A DNA stretch of 64,000 bases from Moniliella sp. 'wahieum' (Eukaryota): the NCBI GenBank assembly GCA_003971905.1, contig RSEE01000049.1:434001-498000 (forward strand), in the 5' to 3' direction. Under the pieces are notes generated by a model that saw nothing but the letters and a program-made list of their open reading frames with translations, ran no database searches and was not told the origin of the DNA. This document shows, one piece after another, positions 50,580-60,545 of the stretch. A program made the position numbers and the translations under genes. The first letter of the stretch is position 1. Each line of letters starts with the position of its first letter.

Positions 50580-52080
50580 TTAGACAACCGCAGCAACCAA
50601 CCCAACCGCAAGCCCCGAGGCAAGGAGCAAGACGTAGGTATGCGGAGCGAGCAAGGCCGAAGCCGGGCTTGACGAGCTGGTCGGTCCGGTGACCGCAGAG
50701 GAAGTACGGGAGGATGGGGAAGATACTGCAACCGCCGATGAGGAGGAGGGAGCGACGACGGAACTGCTCGTCACAGTCGACGAGGCAGAAGAGCTGGTGC
50801 TGGATGGAGCAAGGGACAGGGACGGTCTGGTGTTGTTCAAACCAAGACTAAACAGACGCATTTGGGTTTCGGGGTTGGAGTAGACTTTGTAGTCTTGGTG
50901 CGCCGTGTAAGCAAGGAAGGCAAAGCTGTGGTTGGCGCCCGCTGGGTTGCCTGGGATGCCATCGATGGATTTTTGGAAGTTGAGGCACCGGTTCAAGTGT
51001 GAGTTACCTTCGCATTGAGCAGCTGGATGCGTGTCTCCGGCACCATAGTCCGACAGGCCACAGACAGTGGTGACCTGCCGAGCGAAAAAAGTGGTAAGCG
51101 TAGCGTTTTTCGCGTTGGTGAGATTGGCAGAGTAAGTAGAATTTTGGTACGAGGGGATGTTACCGTCCAGTCCATAGGGCCATTCGGTATAGTTCCCGCC
51201 CGGTTGACAAGTCGACAGGTTGGTCACCGCAGGTTGATCCGTCACTTCCACATAGGCACCCGGGTTGCCAGAGAGAAAAGTCATGTAAGGATCTTGAACC
51301 GCGTTGGGCTTGCGCAGGACGGCGTACCGCTGGGTGAAGGAGCCCCCCTACTTGACCGGCCACGATGACTGAGTTCAAGTTGGGGAAATTGGTCTGATTG
51401 AAGAAGAAGTCGACCAAGAGATCAAGGGCATCAAACGCACTTGCATTGGTTGTGCCGGGACCAGCGGCCATGCTGCCATCGGACCACGATTCGAAATAGA
51501 CATCTTTCGGGCCAGCGGCGCCAGCGCTAGACTCGAGCGGGCTCATCCATGCCACCCCTCCCACAATCACATCTCCCATGTCCCCCCATCGTTTCGTTGG
51601 TAGCGGCACAGATGAGGGAGTTGCGGACCAGATCATGTAGCTCCACACATCCCGGGCCAAACCTGGGTTGACAGCGATAGCCCGTTTTACCTTGCTCCAG
51701 TCCTTGCGCTCAATATAGTACGGAACCACGGCGCCGGTTGCCCGGTCCAGAACCAAGTCGCGGTAAAAGTCAAAGCCCGTGACGTTGGGAAGCTGTGTCC
51801 AGCCAGTGTTGACACTGCCTACTGCCTCGGCTGCACCAATAAAGATGGTGTTGCACCAAGGGACCTGAGACGCACTGTCATTGCACCAGGGCGAGGTTGC
51901 CGTTCTGGTAGCCCGTTCCATAGTACGAGGCAATGGCCGTGGGGTCGCGTGTATTGTTGCCAGGCGTATTGCCGGGGCCACCATCTTGGCGGTGAACAAT
52001 GCCAGGGCGAAAGGGAACGGTAGAGCAGTGGACAGCGGTGGTCACGAAAAGCACAGTAGCCCCAGACGAGAGATGAGCAT
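50580..52080 (-). CDS. Secreted, probably GPI-anchored alpha/beta-hydrolase-like protein
   Basis: Hydrophobic N-terminus; SAFDALDLLVDFFFNQTNFPNLNSVIVAG..GG.F.QRYA, NPGAY, WPYGL; Ser-rich stalk and hydrophobic C-terminus. Confidence 0.65.
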
Positions 52081-52831
52081 GGGCCGAGGGGTAGGATGGT
52101 GACGGAGGAAGCGGGCGGAGAGGCGAAGAGTGGCTCTATCGTCTTGGCCGCAGAGCAGCGCTATCCGGACGAGAGAATGGAAATGTGGGTTTGGATTTGC
52201 GAGCAACTCGGGCGGGAGAAGGTGGGGCGGGATGATGGATAGATATGCTGTGCGGCGGGTCAATCGACCAGCGCATGCTTCCGGCTTGGAGGCGGGCAGT
52301 CGGGGTCACTTAGCCACTGCCCCATGGTCCATTTTACGGGTTTGGGGCCAGGCCCTGCCACGCAATGGAGGCCTGGCCACATTCAAGCTTCAAGGTTTAA
52401 GCTTTAAGCGAGGACAGGCGAGGATTTTCGGAGTCTCGGTCTCAGTAACTCAGTACTCAGGTGCCTGAAGATCGGTCACGCGTCTGCATGATGTGGAGAC
52501 TGGGGCCCCAAGCAACACAGATTCTCGATTATCGATCACCAGCACCATGGTGCATGGGTGCCAGAGAGCTGCGCCTCAGGATCCAGGCTGAGTATATTGA
52601 GTACCAGTCCTGCATCCGAAGCCAGAGAAACGAAAGAAACCCCCAGCGCGCTCAGCCCGCTTATAGCCCAAGTATCCAACGAACTCATCAATCTTCCTCC
52701 CAAATATGTAAGAGACGGAACGCATATCCCGTTGGCCTACTATGCTCAGCCCCTCAACTCATTCTCTACACGCCAGGACGTATTTCACCTCTTCGCGTGC
52801 TAGGTATTTGCCCTGGGAAGGGGACCCGGCG

Positions 52832-54264
52832 CTAGCTGAAGACCCTGCTGGAAAGTAGTACATTACGGATCGGCGGTATGATCAAGGTAGCACACGAAGC
52901 GCATGAAGAGGTAACCCCCGTGGCCGAGGTACTCATCTCGGGGTGTGTTCGGCCTGGGAGGACCTGGTAGCGACGCAGCCACGGCTCATTGACTGTGACC
53001 GCAATGTAGTCGTGACAGACACGCATGCGCGCATGGGTTTCGACCAACGGCTGCAGGAACGGAGCATGGACCACAATGTTGGCCGAGCCGGCAAGGTAGG
53101 GCGTGAGCCGTTGGATGATCGGAAAGGGGTCGTACTCGGCCGAGGCAATGACCAGACCATCAAAGTTACCCGCAAACAAGTCTTGCCTCGTGGCTTCCAG
53201 GTGGGCAAACATGGTACGCCGACGCTTGAACTTACGAATGTCCCGCGAGTTGACTCGGTCCCCATGTGACGTAAGTGGGGCACGCGAATCGGTAGGGAGA
53301 CGCCCTCTGGCTCAAGTGGAAGATCAGGCAAGGTCCAACTAGGATCGACTTGGGCCCAATTCAGAACCCTGAGTACTCCATCCGTCGCCTCGGTGGGTAG
53401 GTTCATGTCCTTCATGATTGGATGGGCTGGCGGCGAGTCGGCGTCATGGATCAGCAGCAAACACCATCCACGCCCATCCGCTCCAAACATGCCGCCCGTC
53501 AGCAGTCCATTCGTCCCGTCTACAACAATATACCGCCCTCCTGATTGGATCTCGCCCAAAGTCAATGTTTGGGCCAACGAGTCAGCACGCAAGTTGCTCG
53601 CCGGTCGATCCGACGCAGGCGGACGCTTGTCAAATGTGGCCGATGCGAGCTGGTGGGCCGTAGGAGCACGCGGGACAAAAACTGTCGAGTGTTTCTCCGC
53701 CTTTTTGCGACGAAACTTTTCCTGGCTGTAGACGGTGCGTTTGGCGTACGAGGCACTGCGCTGAGCCACCAACTCGACCAATTTCGCGCCAGCCATTCCG
53801 GCTGCCTTCAAGTCCGCAATTTCCAGGCTCGTCAAAGCTTGTGAGTCATTGTCGTCGTAAATATGCTCGTTGGTAGCGTTCGTCTCGATCAACTGTTCAA
53901 CGGGCGTGTCCATCAGAACGCTGAGCTTACCAAAGCCGGCCTTTGCGCGCTGATGTTGCTTGGCCTTGTTGGTCTTTTTGCCCCGCGTCTCCTCCTCCGC
54001 AGTAGAGTCGGCACCCTCACCCTGCCCAGAAGCGGTAGGAATGATCTCGTACTTGAGGCCATACGGAAGACCAATGAGCTCATCGGCAGAAAAGCTGCCA
54101 AACTTGCCGAGTTCAATCGTCTTGCCTTGCTCGAGGACAACCGTTTTGGTGTTTCCAGAAGGAAGTTCGAGAATGACAGGCTTTTGGGCAGGAATGAAGG
54201 TAAGCCTTTGGCGTATTTCCTCGCGCGGACGTTTCTGGCCGACACGGATATCGTCGTTGCTCAT
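52832..54264 (-). CDS. TRM6: tRNA m1A58 methyltransferase non-catalytic subunit
   Basis: IELGKFGSFSADELIGLPYGLKYEI, SQALTSLEIADLK, KRTVYSQEKFRRKK..KH, LRADSLAQ, EPWLRRYQVLPGRTHPEM. Confidence 0.93.
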
Positions 54265-54496
54265 GGCGGTGGCGGGGTGGTGGTTAGGGTGGTGCGGAAG
54301 AACGGCAGAGGGCGCGACAGGGGAGAGACTCGCAGCAGCAGCTTTTCCAACCCCCAAGGCTACCAGAAAAATAAGAGCGGAATTGGGGTCGGGCTGGGAG
54401 CCGTCGGAAAAAGGACGCTGACTTAGGTCAGCACGGGATGAACATTCCCGTGCGACTTCTGCTGCTTGACCGCCAGCCCCACTCGTCCTACTAGCC

Positions 54497-55443
54497 ATGG
54501 CGGCCGCGTCCTCGTTGCTTGGCGGGCTTGCCCGTGCAGTGTGCCTACGGCCACCAGTGTCTGCTCCATTTGGTGCGCGCGCCTTCAGTGCGTCGGCCCC
54601 TGTGGCCATCCTTCCCCGTGTCCTCAAGGCCAAGGCCATCAAGCGCACCAACTTGGAGCGCCGCAAGGCGACTGAGCAATTGCTCAAGCAGAGTGTCAAG
54701 CGCGACGCTTGCCGTGGCCACACCCTCACCCCCGAAGGGTTTGCTCTTTGGAAAATTCGGATCTCAAGTCCCTCATTCTCATCCCTGAAGAGATTTGGAA
54801 AGGAAATGTGCCTGCCTTGCCCAAGTTGTTGGAGGGCGACCCCGAGTCGGAGACCTGGACCAGTGTGATGGGCCGGCCGCAGATGCTCAACTATGGTCTG
54901 ACCAAGTCCGATTCGGAGTTCATATTTAAGCAGGTCCCCCAGCTTATGGCCGAGGACCGTCTGCAGGACTTCCCCGAGGCGGTGAATGACTTGGCTGACC
55001 AAGAGAGTCAAGCTAAGAGCGCTATGTTTACCGAGCTGCTCCAGACCGAGCAAGCAGGGGCAGAGACACTCTCGCGGATCTTGGATTTGCGCAACGCTTC
55101 GGGCCAGCAGATTGAACGGGAAAACTTGCGGCGAATTGTCAAGGTGTTTGGAGATGGTTGGAACGTGGGCTCGCCTGAGTGCCAAGCCGCCGTGCTGACC
55201 TATCACATGCGCCGCCTCATGGACCACCTGAAGCAAAAACGCAAGGACACTATTGCCCGTGTCCGTTTGGGTCACTTGATCCACAAGCGTGCCAAAATCC
55301 TCAAGTATCTCCGCCGCAAGAACTTGGCCGGGTACTATGCCCTTCTTCCCCGGTTGGGACTGGAGCCTCTGGGTGTCGAGGGCTCTCTCCCCATGCCTCC
55401 CATGGAAAAGATTGCCCCCAAGTACAAGATGACCAGGCGCTAA
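54497..55443 (+). CDS. MRPS28: Mitochondrial ribosomal protein uS15m
   Basis: Presequence-like N-terminus; RILDLRNAS, VGSPECQAAVLT..M..L..HL...RKD....L..LIHKRAKILKYLRRK. Confidence 0.88.
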
Positions 55444-55669
55444 AATCACATTCTACATCGCATCATCGATTAATGTCATCGACCTTAACGCCATGCATTA
55501 GCTTCATATTTTGTCGTTGAAGCCAGCTTTACGTTAGGAACGGCAGATGCATATGGTGAGGCTACGGCAACAGATGCAAAAACACAGCCAAATGATGTCC
55601 AAACTTAATGCCAAGATGACTTACGACACAGTTTATGACGCTACAAATAGCTAATAAGCTTGGATTGAC

Positions 55670-56403
55670 TTAAAGGTCAGCCTTCGCTCCCTCTGTCTTG
55701 GGAGTGTCGTCCACAAGCTGGCCCGACTTGACGATGGTGACGTCCTCCTTGGGGCGGTCCGCGGGGCCCGTGGGAACCTTCTCGATGTACGACACAACGT
55801 CCATGCCATCAATCACGCGGCCAAACACGACGTGGCGGCCGTTCAACCAAGGGGTAGGGACAGTGCAAAGGAAGAACTAGAACAACAAATTAGCATCAGG
55901 TGTGGCCGAAGTGCATCACGGAAACGTACCTGGGAGCCATTCGTGTCACGACCAGCGTTGGCCATCGAAAGAACACCAGGCTTGTCGTGACGGAACTTGA
56001 AGTTCTCATCGGGGAAACGAGCACCATAGATGGACTTGCCACCACGGCCATCGCCCGAGGTGAAGTCACCACCCTGGATCATAAAGCTGGGGATGACACG
56101 GTGGAACTTGGAGCCCTCGTAGCCAAACCCGTGCTTTCCGGTGCTGAGTTCGAGGAAGTTGGTCGCCGTCTGTGCACGCAGTGTTAGTAGCTTGGCCTTG
56201 GGGAACTGTCGATCCGAACAGATCACCATACCTTGGGCACATCCTTGCCGTAAAGGCCGACGACGATGCGGCCGATGCTTGCCGCCGTGCTCCATGTCAA
56301 AAAAGACCTTGTCGGTAACTTCGGGCTCCGGATCCGCGTGGACTCCGCCAAAGAGGCCAAGAGCGAGTGCCAAAAAGAGGGTGACAAGCACGAACAGACG
56401 CAT
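55670..56403 (-). CDS. CPR5: ER cyclophilin B (peptidyl-prolyl isomerase)
   Basis: Signal peptide; [63 protein letters not shown]-terminus ...KADL*; two introns. Confidence 0.93.
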
Positions 56404-56793
56404 GACGAGGGGGGAGGGGAAGCGGGTGTGGTGGTGGGGGGGAGGGATGCGGGATGGTCTTCCACGTGCCACGTGGGCGTTGCTTCGCTGCAGCGGGCTC
56501 GCACGGCCCCTCGCTGCGAGATTCCGCCTGCCGCCAAAGTTGAACATTCAAATGTCCTAATTCAATCACAGCGCCACAATGTTTGCGCCGAGACTGGCGC
56601 TGTGGCCGGGTGGCGCGGCTGCCTGCGTGGCACAGCAGCCATACCCAGTTTAAACTCCGTACTCGTGGGTGGGTTCTGCCGGGGTTGCGGTCCTCCGTGC
56701 AACCACACCCCGGCCAAGTCGGAGGCTCAACACCACCCCGACGCTCGCTCGCCTCCTGCGTTCCCTTGATTCCTCTCGCTCGTCTTCCCAACC

Positions 56794-57771
56794 ATGAGTT
56801 TTTTCAAGTCGATGGGACGGTCTGTCCGCCCAAAGGGCGCTTCTCCCCGGCCCGACCGCGACGGCTTCTCTCCTGCCCCAGCCACTGACGGTGCCATGAC
56901 GAGCGTGGCGGGCCAACCGGCCGGCAAGCCACTGTACTTGTGCAACCCGTTTGTTCGATCCTCCCTCATTAAAGGATCGTACAAAACCATCGTTGTGCTT
57001 CCCAAGTATGTCGATCAGCGCGAATGGGTCGCAGTCAACCGTACGTTGTCTTGCTCCCTTTCCTAGTGACCCATCTAATCCCCCTCCGCCCCTCCATTGT
57101 CCCCCTTCTGCAGTGTTCGACTTTTTCAACAACCTCAATCAGTTCTATGGCGTCATTACCGAATTCTGCACTGTCCGTAACAACCCCACCATGAGCGCTG
57201 GCGTCGGTCTGGACTACACTTGGGTCGACCAGAACCGCAAACAGGTAAAACTCCCGGCGCCGCAATACATTGACTACGTCATGACCTGGGTCGGTGGTTT
57301 GCTTGGCGACGAGGCCACCTTCCCTACCAAGGCGGGTAAGCACCCCCCCCCCCCCCCCCTATCCCCGTTTGATTCCGCAGAGCAAGGACCCTTACTCTAC
57401 TTTTTGATTCGCTTTCCAGCTCGGGACTTCCCCCCACGTTTATGATCACGGCAAAGCATGTTTATAAGCAGCTTCTTCGCGTATTTGCTCACATTTACCA
57501 CGCTCAATTCTCTTGGCTTTTGCATTTGTGCTGCGAGGGACACTTCAACAGTCTCTTCGCTCACTTCATCGCCTTTGGCAGCGAATTTGACCTTTTTGAC
57601 TTTGAAGAGTTCCGCACCTCGGGTCGATCGACGGGGAACGCGTCGCAGGCCAACACCGTGTCCGGGAATGGATACCCAGGTGTATGCGATCTAATTGTCA
57701 AGTGGACCGAGATGGAGATCCTCCCCGAAAAAGTCTTAACCAAGTCGATCCCGCAGATTGCCGGGGCATGA
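56794..57771 (+). CDS. MOB2: MOB kinase activator (Mob2)
   Basis: PLYLCNPFVRSSLIKGSYKTIVVLPKYVD..EWVAVN, LPAPQYIDYV, FPTKAG, HFNSLFAHF; two introns. Confidence 0.93.
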
Positions 57772-58443
57772 ACGTTGAGCGCTGAATCACAGCAGCATCC
57801 CTGTATTCAGCTCCCTTGCCCTCTTCAGGCCTCCGTCTGCTGCTGCTCTTGTATCAAATACCACCAACTTGACCATGCTTATCGTGATCTATTTTCGCTC
57901 ACTGGTTGTAGTGTTAGTAACCCATCGATGGATCGACACCCCAGCCACCCGAGGGGGCAACGGTGCTGTAGGGTGCAGTTGGCTGGTTGTCTATGCTGAG
58001 AGCTAGCTCCTTTTTTCTCACCCTATTCTTACCCTGTCTCTGCCCTTTGAGCAGCGTGAGGCACGGGATGCACTTCGCGAGAATCATGTAGATAAAGCAT
58101 GTGGTGCAGGATGCATGATGGTCCAGTACCCAGGGGCTCGCAGTTTTCCCTGTCCCAGCCTTAATCTCTGTCAATGACATGGATGGAGAGGGGCAATGGG
58201 AAGAAGAATAGGGAAGGGTTGACGTCATTGAAGTTTCACACTGCGGCTGGTGCGCCACTCTTACAGGATTTGGTTATGCGGGACGTTTGGTTCCGAGAAC
58301 TGATGACGGCTCGCTCTCGCTCCGCTCCTCAGCTTCCTCAGCGCGTCAGCTCGATCCGCCACCACCGCTACAGACCAAGGCAACATTTGTCTGTTGGCTG
58401 CTTTTCTTGGTTGTCTACTATCACCTGCGTGATCTTTGAAGCC

Positions 58444-59203
58444 ATGCTCTCCCGCCTCGTTCTTCCTCGCGCCGCCTCGCGCCCTCAGATATCTGCGTTG
58501 GCATCTTTCTCTCTTGCGCCGTGCGCACTCGGCATCTTCTCGCCTATTACACACCTCGTCTTTGGCGCCTGCTGCGGTGCGTGCCACTCCCCGTCAAGGC
58601 AGAGGTTGGCTCGCCTTCGGCGGCCTCCGACCCGGTGCCCCCGCAAAATGACCATCCGCACCCCCGCATTTGGCTTGACACCGATTTGAAAACCACTATG
58701 ACTCTCTTGCTCTCCCAAGCCTCCCAAAATAGAGACTCGATCCCGGCTGAGGTTCAAAAGGGCTGGGACACGAAGCGCATCGAAACCAAGAACTCATTGA
58801 TTACATTCTACAGTGGTCAGTCAGAAGCGTACAAGAGCGACCTCCTTCCAGTTCTAGAGACCCTGGCGCGGGATGATGCGCTGGACACGTCGCTGATTAC
58901 CATTGATGTGGACAAGACCCCCAAGATGGGCGAGGCATTTTCGGTGGTTTCGCTCCCTACTGTATTTGGAATGTACAATGGCATGGTCGTTCGGAAAAGT
59001 ACGTACGATGCCGATGCGATGTCTTCCCAGTACTAACTTTCTGATGATATTTAGTCCCAGACGTCCCTGCCAAGGCAGAGGCCCTTCTGCGCCAGTTCAT
59101 TCACGACCTGGGCCCACTGGCGGAGCTTGACCAAAAGAAGGCTGAAGCCGAAGATGCCAGCGGCGCTGATAATGCTGATAACTCCAAGACCAACAAGGAG
59201 TGA
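58444..59203 (+). CDS. Thioredoxin-fold protein with presequence-like N-terminus, lacking CxxC
   Basis: LITFYSGQSEAYK..LLPVLETL, LITIDVDKTPKMGEAFSVVSLPTVFGMYNG.VV (cis-Pro loop); intron about 58999-59054. Confidence 0.7.
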
Positions 59204-59740
59204 AGATTGATGTATATGTGTTGGTTTTCTTGACAACAACCCACGTATTATATTTGCCTGCTGTCGCGGGTGCTATCGTCTTATCTCGTGTATGGATGGG
59301 AGGACGAAAGCACTATTTAGCGTTGCTCCATCTGAAGATTGGACGAACTTTAAAGAAGGGTTTGCTGTGGCGAGAGGCGAAAGCCGCCAATCAACGATAT
59401 ATACACTGCAGCGAGGTGGATCAATTCATCACATATTCACAACTAGCGGGTGCTCCGTCTGATGAAGCAGGAATATTTCATTTCTTCCTTCGCTACGCTC
59501 TTCTTCACCACCACCATCCTCTTGCTGCAACATGACGACACTAGCACCACTTGCGCGGGCCGAACCTCCCGGCAGTCCTGATGAAATTCGAGCGTACGAG
59601 GACCAAGGCCGTGTATCGAAGTGGGTGCATCATTCTCTCCAAACCGTGCGCGATGGGTTGCTGCAGGTTGGGCTGGATGGGTCCCAGCCATTGGCGGCGC
59701 GCATTTTGGGCTCGTGCTGTGTGTGATCTGAGGATGAGAA

Positions 59741-60298
59741 GTGTTCTATTGTGCTGGATTTGTATTGACCGGTGCATGGGAAGTTTTGGTGGCCATTCCC
59801 GTCTCCATGACCAACACTTACCGCCCCTACATGTCGTTTGAGGGGGAAATGTGGAAACCACCCACGACCGACAAACAAGGCCGGCCTTTATCCCCCACTC
59901 AACAAAAAGCGGCTCGGTTGCTGGTCTCCATGAAGCGGGCCCAACACGATGCCAAAATCAGACGACAGCGCTTACCTGCCTTTTGGCAGCTGTTGGGTAT
60001 GGCCGGCATCTGCTTTTCGTCCGGCTATATCTCTGATCCCAAGCAGGGCGGCGACGCCATCAATGGCGCAGGCATCCTCACATCTTGGTCGGCCATTTAC
60101 CTCCTTTGCTTTGGTCGTCGAGTCACCCGCCCCGCCACATTTGCCCTAACCTCAGCAACGACCGTGTTTGGCTTGCTTACCTATGGCTCGTACTACTATG
60201 GCACTGCTAGTTGGCGCGATGCCCTGCCGGGCCTATCTCGTCGGATCGAAGGCAAGCCATTGCCTCCGGGTGGCACAGGGGCGCTTCGACTAGAATAG
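59741..60298 (+). CDS. Small membrane protein, Aim19-like
   Basis: GYI....GDAINGAGILTSWSAIYL plus three hydrophobic segments; true start may be 59807 or 59831. Confidence 0.55.
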   Translation: MFYCAGFVLTGAWEVLVAIPVSMTNTYRPYMSFEGEMWKPPTTDKQGRPLSPTQQKAARLLVSMKRAQHDAKIRRQRLPAFWQLLGMAGICFSSGYISDPKQGGDAINGAGILTSWSAIYLLCFGRRVTRPATFALTSATTVFGLLTYGSYYYGTASWRDALPGLSRRIEGKPLPPGGTGALRLE

Positions 60299-60545
60299 AA
60301 GCAATGCGAATTCAACTATGTACTTGCATCGCTACTTGGACATGATGAACCGGACATAGGAGTATAGTCATTCGGGACAAAATCAAAAAGGGCACGAAAG
60401 ACTTCCGAATACGGGCCAAAGGAGGTTCACGGTCGAAGAAGAAAAAATAAACGGGTATCAACGAATGGGAAAACCGAACGAAAATGGACTGGGCTCAATC
60501 ACGAATCAAATGAGGCGATATGGACATATCTTCCCGAGGAGACGC

